A program made the position numbers and the translations under genes. From the NCBI GenBank assembly GCA_964650085.1, contig CAZYSE010000002.1, forward strand, positions 4,976-44,669: 39,694 nt of DNA, read 5' to 3'. Below are positions 8,861-16,854 of this stretch, in pieces; positions within the stretch are counted from its first letter, which is position 1, and every line of letters starts with the position of its first letter. This DNA is from an uncultured Candidatus Saccharibacteria bacterium (GTDB lineage: Bacteria > Patescibacteriota > Dojkabacteria > J137). Under the pieces are notes generated by a model. That model had not been told where the DNA came from, made no database searches, and worked only from the letters and a program-made list of their open reading frames with translations.

Positions 8861-9259
8861 TTACTCTCTGCTTACCAGTATGAATGTTAGTACAGACGTG
8901 ATTATACTAAATACTAGTAGAGAAATGGTAGGGTCTGCGAACTCAATTGGTTGAATAGAGCTTAGACCTAAATTAATAGAAGCATCTGTGAACACCAAAA
9001 GTCTTAATACGTAAGCGCATACCAGGGAAAACAGTAGAGATAGCCCGAAAGTAGCAACAAATATTAGTACATTTGTGACTGGTAGTTTGAAAAATTTGAT
9101 AATATTTCGTCCGAAAGCCACGGTTATTCCGTAAATAAGCCCAACTAAAATTCTATCTAAGAGTCCAGAAGAAGTGTTTAATCTGACAGCACCCTCTAAA
9201 AGCGTGACTACAAAGAAAAATATTAGTGTATTTACAAGAATGTCGTTTAGTTTCTTCAT
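8861..9259 (-). CDS. Small 4-TM membrane protein (possibly holin-4/YvlD-like family)
   Basis: Four hydrophobic segments. It lies directly upstream of def with a 1-nt gap. Confidence 0.4.
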   Translation of the reverse strand: MKKLNDILVNTLIFFFVVTLLEGAVRLNTSSGLLDRILVGLIYGITVAFGRNIIKFFKLPVTNVLIFVATFGLSLLFSLVCAYVLRLLVFTDASINLGLSSIQPIEFADPTISLLVFSIITSVLTFILVSRE

Positions 9260-9300
9260 AAGATTATTATGATTAAAGTGAAAAGAAAAATCAAGGGGAA

Positions 9301-10245
9301 CTATTTAGTAGAATCAACTCTCACCCAAGTTTTACTGAATGACTTTTTTAAAACCTTTCTCTCCCAGAAAATAGTTATCCACAACCACAATCTCATTGGA
9401 TAAAGTATTAGAGACCAGAAAAATTCTTTAACATTAGTTGCATATTTAATTGGAAACCAAAAGTACTCAAGTTCTCGCCAGAATGATCTAGTTTTCGTTT
9501 CCTGTTTTACAATTCCATAATCCCAAAGTTGAACATACCCTCCGACTGATCGCTTTTTTTGCTTGAAGTAGTCGCCAGAATTCTTTGGATATTTTACATA
9601 AACGATTGCTGTTGGCTCGTATTCAATTCTAAATCCTCGATTAAAAATTTCGTAAGAAAAGAATGCATCTTCAACTAAAGTGTCTACTGGTGCTCGTATG
9701 TCAGATTTTCTCATTGCGAAAAGATATCCGCTAACTGGGAAAAAAGGTCTCTTCTTTACAAATGCAGAAGATTTTCCTGATGTTTCGTTTGATAAGTCAA
9801 TTGTTCTTTTGTGATGAGCAGCATCTGCAAGCAAGTGGCCAAAATACTCCATCATAGAGTCTTTAGAATCTGAAGATCTTGGTCTTCCTGTCACAGCAAA
9901 AACATCTGATTCTTCAAAATGCTTTAGCATTTTTTCGAGTACTCCTTCTCCATAATGAACATCTCCATCACCAAAAAACCAAACATCTCCTTTTGCATTG
10001 TCCATTAAGTAATTAAGCTCAGCTGGTTTCCCCTTTCCTTTCCCATCTTTTGCAAAATCAGAAATCCAAATTCTTTGTTCAATACCTAGTTCTTTTGCCT
10101 TTAACATTGCAGCATCTTTAGTTTCTTGATCTGGGATAGCTAGGAGAACTTCGAAATCGCCTTTGTAGTTTCCCACGAATGTTTCAAGGCATTTGCCAAT
10201 AGTTTCTACTTCGTGCCAAGCTGTTATTAAGATTGATATTTTCAT
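9301..10245 (-). CDS. Family 2 glycosyltransferase
   Basis: N-terminal MKISILITAW... GT-A fold pattern and a DGD acidic motif (FFGDGDV). Confidence 0.7.
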   Translation of the reverse strand: MKISILITAWHEVETIGKCLETFVGNYKGDFEVLLAIPDQETKDAAMLKAKELGIEQRIWISDFAKDGKGKGKPAELNYLMDNAKGDVWFFGDGDVHYGEGVLEKMLKHFEESDVFAVTGRPRSSDSKDSMMEYFGHLLADAAHHKRTIDLSNETSGKSSAFVKKRPFFPVSGYLFAMRKSDIRAPVDTLVEDAFFSYEIFNRGFRIEYEPTAIVYVKYPKNSGDYFKQKKRSVGGYVQLWDYGIVKQETKTRSFWRELEYFWFPIKYATNVKEFFWSLILYPMRLWLWITIFWERKVLKKSFSKTWVRVDSTK

Positions 10246-10333
10246 AGCGAAATTATACAGCGTTAAATCTACGCTGTCGAACCAAACAAAGTTTCAACAT
10301 AGAAGTATTTTGGAAGTTGATATAGAATGAAGT

Positions 10334-10819
10334 ATGCAAAAACCAGAGTTTGAAACAATTTTAAAATTATTATCCGATGTGGCTGGATACTTCGACGCTT
10401 TGAAAGTCGATTACCTAGTTTACGGTTCTGTTGCATATCTCTTATACACAAACGACCTTTCACTAATGATAAATGATATTGATATCATTGTTAGGAAATC
10501 TGACTTCGATACTATTAAGGAGATTTTTGAGAATAATAACTTACCCTATAATCTTGTAGTTACCGAAAACGCGATTCACGCTAATCATAAAGAGCTAATT
10601 GGGAATAATGAATCCCCTTTTGATATTTCTTTAGATTCTTACGAATACTATTTTAAGGATACCGATATTAAGTTTGAACATTTTACTCATGTAAAAATAG
10701 AAGGAACAGACGTTAAACTCTTGCCTAAAGAGCTGCTAATCAAAGTCTACGAGAACAAAAGTGAGAGTACAATAGTTACTAAGCAAAGAATCGAAACGCT
10801 TACAAACGGAAATGTTTAG
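10334..10819 (+). CDS. Small nucleotidyltransferase-fold protein (Lnu/ANT(2'')-like size and motif)
   Basis: YGSVAY...NDIDIIV matches the G[SG]...DxD pol-beta-type NTase motif. The 161 aa length fits. Confidence 0.5.
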   Translation: MQKPEFETILKLLSDVAGYFDALKVDYLVYGSVAYLLYTNDLSLMINDIDIIVRKSDFDTIKEIFENNNLPYNLVVTENAIHANHKELIGNNESPFDISLDSYEYYFKDTDIKFEHFTHVKIEGTDVKLLPKELLIKVYENKSESTIVTKQRIETLTNGNV

Positions 10820-10893
10820 TTTCTTGAATAGATGTATAAAAAGCTACTGACTATGATATAATTAACTTATCACGATGAGAGGACTACCAAAGG

Positions 10894-11415
10894 TTAACCT
10901 TGATTACCGCGGGAATGCCTCTCTTTTTTATGGCTTTCTCCCAATGTTTGCTTTTTCCCACTAATCGATACCACCGACCCAGCGTATTTTCTCAGCAATG
11001 AGGAATATTTTGTATTCGGTACAATTACCTTCTCCAACTTATTACTTTCTGCGAGATATTCCACTAAACAAAAGAAATCGCCATCACCTGAGACTACGAT
11101 GGCTTTGTCGTAAGTAGAATAATGGATCATAGCGTGCAGTACGAGCTCCGCATCGACATTACCCTTATAAGTTACCTTCTGGTCTTTTTTTATCGCCAAA
11201 ACGTTTTTAAACACGATAATAAAGCCTTGTTCTTGAAGCTGTTGGTACAGTTTTGCGTTTTCTGGGATGAAACCGATAAATAAGTAAGCCTTGCTCACCT
11301 TATATTTATTTTTCAAATAAAGTCTAAACTTTCCAAAGTCTAGTTTCCAATGCAGGGAGTTAATTCCTAAGTTTAAGTTTTGACTGTCGATAAAAGCGTA
11401 TATTATTTGGTTCAT
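10894..11415 (-). CDS. NYN (LabA/DUF88) domain protein, predicted PIN-like RNase
   Basis: N-terminal AFIDSQNL and the VSGDGDF motif are characteristic of NYN domains. Its ATG shares one nt with the upstream stop codon. Confidence 0.65.
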   Translation of the reverse strand: MNQIIYAFIDSQNLNLGINSLHWKLDFGKFRLYLKNKYKVSKAYLFIGFIPENAKLYQQLQEQGFIIVFKNVLAIKKDQKVTYKGNVDAELVLHAMIHYSTYDKAIVVSGDGDFFCLVEYLAESNKLEKVIVPNTKYSSLLRKYAGSVVSISGKKQTLGESHKKERHSRGNQG

Positions 11416-12323
11416 TATATTAAATTTTTCCAGTAAATTAATGTCTTTTCCTTATTTGTAATTGTATTGTTATCCCCCCAGATAGAAATTACTTTTTCTC
11501 TCATCTTTTTTTGAAATTCGAAAGTTGATTGCCAATTTCCAATAAACCATTCTAGGAAATCTTTGTGGTTTAGTATAGGTATCATACCATCTGAAAGCAC
11601 AAAAATATGATCTTGCGGTTCTAGTTGTATTTGATGTACCTGAAAAAAACTTTCGGCTTCTTCTTCCCCAGTAAAGCAACCCCACCCTACTCTATTATCA
11701 TTTTCGTCATGAATATCATTATTATTTCTTAAAACATTACACCAAATTGGCTCCCAAAAAGCTTCTGGTTTAAGGCTAGCCTTTAACTCTGCAGGATACT
11801 CTTTTTGATACTGCCCAGCTGCTACTAATGAGTCTAAGTATTTACTCGCTTTCATAATCTGATAATCTACTTTTTCTACGTTTTCTAGACTTGATCCTCT
11901 TAGTACAAAAACGTAGCAATCTTCCAAACCTCCGTAGATTAACGAATCGCCCACTTGTACAGCAGCCATACCAACAGTTTCGGCACAATCGTAGGTTAAG
12001 TAACCTTTTGCAGTTTTGTTAAGAGATTGGTTTAATACTTTTATACTTTTATTCGCATCTACTAAAGCTGAATTGAATGTTGTTGTAGAAATTGTTCCAT
12101 CTTGAACAAAACGCAGCAAGGAATTTAACATTGTGTTGCAAAAAACTTCGCCTGCTTCAAACCCGTGGTCATCTTGTGGGTATTTCCGTAAACCGGATCT
12201 TGTAAGTTCCCTTATGGGAGAGTCAGAAACGACTGCGATTTTATTTGCTTCGTCTAGTGCGTATACATCTCCTTGTTGTAAGAAAGATCCATCTCCGCTA
12301 ACGTTTTCGTGATATACAAACAT
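11415..12323 (-). CDS. PP2C/PPM-like phosphatase-fold protein
   Basis: PPM-like blocks are present: AVVSDS, GGLEDCYVFVLRG and FVLSDGM. Identification is by eye only. Confidence 0.4.
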   Translation of the reverse strand: MFVYHENVSGDGSFLQQGDVYALDEANKIAVVSDSPIRELTRSGLRKYPQDDHGFEAGEVFCNTMLNSLLRFVQDGTISTTTFNSALVDANKSIKVLNQSLNKTAKGYLTYDCAETVGMAAVQVGDSLIYGGLEDCYVFVLRGSSLENVEKVDYQIMKASKYLDSLVAAGQYQKEYPAELKASLKPEAFWEPIWCNVLRNNNDIHDENDNRVGWGCFTGEEEAESFFQVHQIQLEPQDHIFVLSDGMIPILNHKDFLEWFIGNWQSTFEFQKKMREKVISIWGDNNTITNKEKTLIYWKNLI

Positions 12324-12326
12324 ACT

Positions 12327-12794
12327 TTAAATTAATGGTAATTGTTCAATTTCTACTAGATGTTCTTGGATATGTTCTATATCAAGATTTATTGACCTGT
12401 GAGGTGTATCTTCTACACCCGGACCATATTGAGATTTCCAATGATCTTCATCAAGTGATTTATACTTATCAACTAGATCTTGCCAGCTTTTTACAAATTC
12501 CTCGTAAATTTCAGTCCACGACTTTGCAGACCTTTTCTCTACTTCATACTTATTAAAAGCATCAAGCTGACTTTCCTTAATCCAATTTATTGGAGGTTTT
12601 CCGGAAATTAACATTCCTAATTCCTTTATTGTAAGCAAATTCCATCCACAATAATGTGCCATTACATCTTTCAAGCTCCATTTTCCAAATAATGCCTCTT
12701 CTCTTTTGTATTCTGGGAAATTAGTTACAGCATTGGTTATTTCTTTTATTGCAGCCTCTAATTCGCTGATAAGTTGTTGAACTTCTTGATCCAT
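12327..12794 (-). CDS. DinB/ClbS(DfsB)-like four-helix-bundle protein
   Basis: WSLKDVMAHYCGW... and a C-terminal H-rich helix resemble the DinB-fold/ClbS pattern. 155 aa. Confidence 0.45.
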   Translation of the reverse strand: MDQEVQQLISELEAAIKEITNAVTNFPEYKREEALFGKWSLKDVMAHYCGWNLLTIKELGMLISGKPPINWIKESQLDAFNKYEVEKRSAKSWTEIYEEFVKSWQDLVDKYKSLDEDHWKSQYGPGVEDTPHRSINLDIEHIQEHLVEIEQLPLI

Positions 12795-12811
12795 ATTCTT
12801 TACGTGTATCT

Positions 12812-12845
12812 GTTCAGAATATCATTAGGAGAAATTTGAGTAAAG
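12812..12845 (-). promoter_or_regulatory. 34-bp promoter-like repeat, copy A (minus strand reads CTTTACTCAAATTTCTCCTAATGATATTCTGAAC)
   Basis: Perfectly identical to 13771-13804. It contains TTTACT-N17-TATTCT with a TG at the extended -10 position, 18 nt upstream of the ATG at 12794. Confidence 0.6.
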
Positions 12846-12901
12846 ATATTTATGAGGTTAACAGATTAGTAAAAGACTGCAGGAACTTTGATCCTTAACC
12901 C

Positions 12902-13741
12902 CTAAGAAATAAATTCTAAGTCCAAATTTGGAAAATCAGTTGAAATTACATTAGGTGTGCCATCGTTATTCCAATGTATCCCATAAAAATTCAGCCTTTG
13001 GTTGATACGAAATTTCATTTTATTTGCTTCCGCTTCATTTCCGTCAATCTTGGCTTGATTGTATTTAGCTTCAAACACAGCATCTAACGTAGTGTTATTT
13101 CTTACTCTGAAAAGTTTTACCTTTGAGCTTTTAGGCGCGTTTGATTTGCTGTTGTAATCTATAAGTTGCGATTTTGAAATTTCCCCTGATGCACCGATAT
13201 ACCACTGCTCGTACTTGCCTGAATCAATTAGATATTCGTTTTGTGTGAATTGACTATGATCGCCCGAGTAGGTATTGTCTGGAAAAAGGTATGTTACATA
13301 TTGTAAACCATTTGCGTTGTCTAGATTAAGTCCTGTCCTATCCTTCTTGTGCCAACTTTCTTTTTGCGCGGCAATAAAAACGACTCCCGCCTTTAAATTT
13401 CCAAAATGATCTATAAGCCTTCCTGCCACATACCCCAAATCAGGTTCGTCAGGACTATCGTAATCACCATCGAATAAGATTGTAACTTGACTAGTCTCTC
13501 TTCTAAGACTGTCAATCTGCGGAATAAGATAATTTTCTATTAAATTATCAATTTCATCTTTATCCATTCCGTTCCAAGCTCCTGCACCTCTAAGAGCAAT
13601 AATTCGAGAAGACTTCTCAACTATCTGCTTCATAATTTCATTCCATTTGGACATAGAGTCGTCGAAGATGGCTTTGCCAGATAAAAGGGATTCTTCTAGT
13701 AACGTCTGCCCTGGGACTCTTATTAGTTTTGATTCATCCAT
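12902..13741 (-). CDS. Hypothetical 279-aa protein (possible Rossmann/SLOG-like N-terminal half)
   Basis: Clean ORF. The strand-loop patterns IIALRGAGAWNG and ILFDGDYD only weakly suggest a nucleotide-binding fold. Confidence 0.5.
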   Translation of the reverse strand: MDESKLIRVPGQTLLEESLLSGKAIFDDSMSKWNEIMKQIVEKSSRIIALRGAGAWNGMDKDEIDNLIENYLIPQIDSLRRETSQVTILFDGDYDSPDEPDLGYVAGRLIDHFGNLKAGVVFIAAQKESWHKKDRTGLNLDNANGLQYVTYLFPDNTYSGDHSQFTQNEYLIDSGKYEQWYIGASGEISKSQLIDYNSKSNAPKSSKVKLFRVRNNTTLDAVFEAKYNQAKIDGNEAEANKMKFRINQRLNFYGIHWNNDGTPNVISTDFPNLDLEFIS

Positions 13742-13770
13742 AAATTATAAATAGTACTTGTTAGTCTTAA

Positions 13771-13804
13771 GTTCAGAATATCATTAGGAGAAATTTGAGT
13801 AAAG
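13771..13804 (-). promoter_or_regulatory. 34-bp promoter-like repeat, copy B
   Basis: Perfect copy of 12812-12845, located 30 nt upstream of the ATG at 13741. Confidence 0.6.
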
Positions 13805-13831
13805 GAAAGGAAATGTAATAGGAAGGAATAA

Positions 13832-14188
13832 TTATTTTCTTAGAATCTTTTCCATCACTTTGCCTTTCGCTAATTCGTCTACCATTTTATCTAAATACCT
13901 TATTGCCTGCATGGTTGGATTTTTAATATCCTCTACCCTAACTCCACAAATAACACCTTTTATTAGTGATCTTGCTGGATTCATTTTAGGCGCTTTATCA
14001 AAAAACGTTTCAAAATCTGTTTCTTTCTCGAGTTGAGCTTTTAATTCGGATTGAGAGTATCCAGTCAACCAACTAATGATTTCGTCGACTTCTGCTTTTG
14101 TTCTTCCTTTTTTCTCTGCCTTAGTTACGTAATGAGGGTAAACGCTTGCAACGCTGGTTTTGTAAATTCGGTGATTATCTTCGTTCAT
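13832..14188 (-). CDS. DUF2200 domain protein
   Basis: [33 protein letters not shown]...[15 protein letters not shown] matches my recollection of the conserved DUF2200 sequence. Confidence 0.6.
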   Translation of the reverse strand: MNEDNHRIYKTSVASVYPHYVTKAEKKGRTKAEVDEIISWLTGYSQSELKAQLEKETDFETFFDKAPKMNPARSLIKGVICGVRVEDIKNPTMQAIRYLDKMVDELAKGKVMEKILRK

Positions 14189-14249
14189 AGTATTCTGTTT
14201 GCTTTATAAAGTAATGCATATTTTCTAACATACTTGTTCATAGACAACC

Positions 14250-14495
14250 TTACTTAAATCTATTTCCCTTCGCTAATGTATTCTCACCTTCGTCTAAAAC
14301 ATCTACATTATCAAAGCTATTATCTATAAATGTATTATTTTTCCCTTTATTTACAAACTGTGCCCTTGGATTAGTTACGATTGCTGATGGAGTTTTCCTC
14401 ACAAAGATTTTGACAATGACATAAATTATATATGTTGAAATTAGAGCAGCTAACACAGCAATGATGATCTGTAATACAATGTATGTAAGGTCCAT
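14250..14495 (-). CDS. Small single-pass membrane protein
   Basis: N-terminal hydrophobic helix (IVLQIIIAVLAALISTYIIYVIV). 81 aa. Confidence 0.4.
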   Translation of the reverse strand: MDLTYIVLQIIIAVLAALISTYIIYVIVKIFVRKTPSAIVTNPRAQFVNKGKNNTFIDNSFDNVDVLDEGENTLAKGNRFK

Positions 14496-14540
14496 TACAA
14501 AATTTAATAGTTACGAATTTTGATCTTGTAATTACAACTA

Positions 14541-14613
14541 GATGACTCGCGACTTCCTTGGCAAGGTGAGAATGCACGTTGTGCATTCGTAATTCTACCA
14601 ATTGAATCTACAC
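14541..14613 (-). pseudogene. Degenerate tRNA-Gly-derived fragment
   Basis: The minus strand keeps TAGATTCAATTGGTAGAAT (D arm), CCTTGCCAAGGAAG (anticodon arm) and GTCGCGAGTCATCT. It has a 25-nt hairpin insertion (GAATGCAC-AAC-GTGCATTC), lacks the T loop and has no pairing acceptor stem. Confidence 0.55.
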
Positions 14614-14626
14614 TTTATGTATAAAA

Positions 14627-14699
14627 AGCAGATGACGAGACTCGAACTCGCGACCTCTTCCTTGGCAAGGAAGCGTTCTACCAATTGAACTACATCTGC
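14627..14699 (-). tRNA. tRNA-Gly (GCC)
   Basis: The reverse complement folds as GCAGATG/CATCTGC acceptor, GTTC/GAAC D stem, CTTCC-TTGCCAA-GGAAG anticodon arm and GCGAG-TTCGAGT-CTCGT T arm, with discriminator U. No CCA is encoded. Confidence 0.92.
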
Positions 14700-14713
14700 A
14701 TTAAAACCAATTG

Positions 14714-14756
14714 TCACCCAGAGGGTGATCACTCTCCGAGTGAAACTACATCTGCA
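14714..14756 (-). other. Duplicated 5' end of tRNA-Gly followed by two tandem 6-bp hairpins in the tRNA leader
   Basis: AACTACATCTGCA at 14744-14756 repeats 14688-14700. The hairpins are TCACCC-AGA-GGGTGA (14714-14728) and TCACTC-TCC-GAGTGA (14729-14743). Confidence 0.6.
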
Positions 14757-14828
14757 TTTTACACACGTTTCCAGCAACTTTCAGATTATAGCAAAAGAAA
14801 CCGTTAATAATAAACGGCTATTTAAAAT

Positions 14829-15365
14829 TTACGCAATAAGTCTGTCTAATAGATCGAAAGTTGGATAATCCTGATCCGGTGCGCCAAAGTGACCTTCGTC
14901 CATAATTATTAACTTCCCTCCCAATTGATCAAACATCGCTCTACCCTGCTTATCATCACAACCGTATGGGTCGTTTGTTGAGTTTATAAAATAAATATCT
15001 TTTACATGTGATTTAATTTTTGCCCAATCGTAACTTGTTTGAAGAACTGGCTCTTCGCTTGTGTTCGGAAGTGTTGAGTAACCTGCAACAAGAATTGCTT
15101 GTTTAATTACAACATCTATATTTTCAAGAATACTCAAAATTACTGGCGCACCGCCAGAATGACCAACGAGAATAGTATTTTCATCAAAGTCGTGGTTAGC
15201 TAAAACTTTGGGAAGAAAATTCGCAATTGGCTCTGCATTTACTGTAGGATAATGAGGTATTTCAACAATAAAGCCCTTCGCTTCTAATTGCTTGCCTAGC
15301 CATGGATACCAACATACATTTGGATTTGCACCGGTTCCGTGGAATATTATTGCTTTTCTGTTCAT
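14829..15365 (-). CDS. RBBP9/YdeN-family alpha/beta hydrolase
   Basis: AIIFHGTGANP...WYPWL... and the nucleophile elbow GHSGG. The start is moved to Met58 of the tracked ORF (ATG at 15365) because the upstream extension is low complexity and overlaps the divergent gene. Confidence 0.65.
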   Translation of the reverse strand: MNRKAIIFHGTGANPNVCWYPWLGKQLEAKGFIVEIPHYPTVNAEPIANFLPKVLANHDFDENTILVGHSGGAPVILSILENIDVVIKQAILVAGYSTLPNTSEEPVLQTSYDWAKIKSHVKDIYFINSTNDPYGCDDKQGRAMFDQLGGKLIIMDEGHFGAPDQDYPTFDLLDRLIA

Positions 15366-15408
15366 AAAAATAATTATATCATTACGATTAGATTCAGACT
15401 TCTCCCTC

Positions 15409-15849
15409 ATGATATTATCGTCTATGGCAGAACTATGGGCAGACAACTTCAGTAATAATGCTCTTTTTAGAGGTCTTAAACTAGATCCTGCAGAATCACT
15501 TAAATTAACATACGAAAAACTTCTTGCTCGATTCAAAATTTATCGCTTTCTGTATATAGACGAATCTCCTGATAAACTCGTGGAGATGAGTGATCCTAAT
15601 TTCTACTTTTATAAGTGTAGAGGAAACTTTTTCACGGCAATTCAAGGATACCTTGAACTAATGCAAGAGCTAGGACTAGTTCTAGATAACGATGTAAATA
15701 GAGAAATAGTAGAGTTCTTTTTTGTCGTCCAGCAGCTTCCAATAACTAATAGGATTCTTAAAGAAAATATTGATTCAGCTAATCACATTTTAGATATATT
15801 AATAGTTTACATTAGTGCTCAACTTCATTCATTAAGTGATAAAATATAA
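15409..15849 (+). CDS. Hypothetical helical protein (start uncertain: 15409 or 15424)
   Basis: The ORF ends 2 nt before msrB. The 5' part of the tracked ORF overlaps the hydrolase gene and was trimmed. Confidence 0.4.
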   Translation: MILSSMAELWADNFSNNALFRGLKLDPAESLKLTYEKLLARFKIYRFLYIDESPDKLVEMSDPNFYFYKCRGNFFTAIQGYLELMQELGLVLDNDVNREIVEFFFVVQQLPITNRILKENIDSANHILDILIVYISAQLHSLSDKI

Positions 15850-15851
15850 AT

Positions 15852-16247
15852 ATGCCATACAACGAACTGACCGAAAAAGAAAAATATGTGATTGAAAATA
15901 AAGGAACCGAAGCCCCATTCACCGGTGAGTACGATGATTTTTACGTACCCGGAACTTTTACCTGCAGAAAATGTAATCTACCATTATTTTCTTCCGAGGC
16001 TAAATTTAACGCAAATTGCGGTTGGCCAGCTTTCGACGATACATTTCCAAATGCAGTGAAAAGAATTACGGATTCTGACGGATACAGAACAGAGATTGAG
16101 TGTGCAAATTGTGAAGCGCATTTAGGTCACGAATTTGTTGGAGAAGGATTTACAGAAAAAGATACACGACACTGTGTGAATTCAGTTTCAATAAAATTTA
16201 TTCCAGAAGGTGAAACATTACCGGAAGTTTTAACAGAAACAAAATGA
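15852..16247 (+). CDS. msrB: Peptide-methionine (R)-S-oxide reductase
   Basis: Zn-binding CxxC pairs (CRKC, CANC), CGWPAF and the catalytic RHCVNS motif. It ends with TGA. Confidence 0.92.
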   Translation: MPYNELTEKEKYVIENKGTEAPFTGEYDDFYVPGTFTCRKCNLPLFSSEAKFNANCGWPAFDDTFPNAVKRITDSDGYRTEIECANCEAHLGHEFVGEGFTEKDTRHCVNSVSIKFIPEGETLPEVLTETK

Positions 16248-16729
16248 AAGGGGAGGATTACATAACACAGGGGTTAATTTTAGAATTCCAAGGAAAGGCA
16301 GATTCTTATGGAGAACACACTAATCCTGACGGGCAAGAGATTAAATTTGCAGAAGTTAACAAACCAGATTTCAAATATACTGACAGATATTTAAATGCCA
16401 GGATTTCCAAGGGCATAGACGAAGCTACATTCCCAGGCGGAAAGATATCTAGGAAATACGGCGGGCAAACAGAAGACGAATCGATTTTAGAACCTTTGGG
16501 AATAACCGAAGCAGAAGTGTTTGAATTTCTTATTGAAATTATCTTAGCCCATGGTCCATTAACAAGATTAGCAAACGATTTTTCAACAACTGATGAAGAT
16601 TGGAAATACGAGTACGTAGTAACTTACAAGGACAAAGATGAGACAGAAGTTTTAGGAACAGAGAAAATTTTCTACAAAGGTGTACAGGTATTCTTTCATG
16701 AATTTAACATTTCAGTAAACGAAAGCTAA
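16244..16729 (+). CDS. Hypothetical protein, translationally coupled to msrB
   Basis: ATGA overlap with the msrB stop codon. No recognised motif. Confidence 0.5.
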   Translation: MKGEDYITQGLILEFQGKADSYGEHTNPDGQEIKFAEVNKPDFKYTDRYLNARISKGIDEATFPGGKISRKYGGQTEDESILEPLGITEAEVFEFLIEIILAHGPLTRLANDFSTTDEDWKYEYVVTYKDKDETEVLGTEKIFYKGVQVFFHEFNISVNES

Positions 16730-16751
16730 TCATACAAGCTCAAATTTCCAA

Positions 16752-16768
16752 TTTCAAACTTCTAGCTT
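16752..16768 (-). repeat. 17-mer family copy (reverse complement AAGCTAGAAGTTTGAAA, 1 mismatch)
   Basis: Embedded in a C-rich, G-poor low-complexity tract at 16730-16810. Confidence 0.7.
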
Positions 16769-16854
16769 CTAATTTCTAACTTCTATCTTTTCTTCATTCT
16801 GTCTTCTAAACTACGCTATTTTGATATAGTATATTAAGAGTCAGATCACAAACT

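Noticed and set aside
14371-14777. Tracked ORFs 14371-14601 and 14595-14777 on the minus strand.
   Set aside because: They overlap the tRNA-Gly gene and its fragments, are Cys-rich or otherwise odd in composition, and have no motif. They are artefacts of open frames across RNA genes. The same applies to 36905-37096, which overlaps tRNA-Cys.
15366-15536. N-terminal 57-aa extension of the alpha/beta hydrolase ORF, and the first ~39 aa of the divergent ORF 15292-15849.
   Set aside because: The two extensions overlap each other on opposite strands. The hydrolase homology begins at the internal Met (MNRKAIIFHG). Trimming both leaves a sensible 44-nt divergent promoter region.
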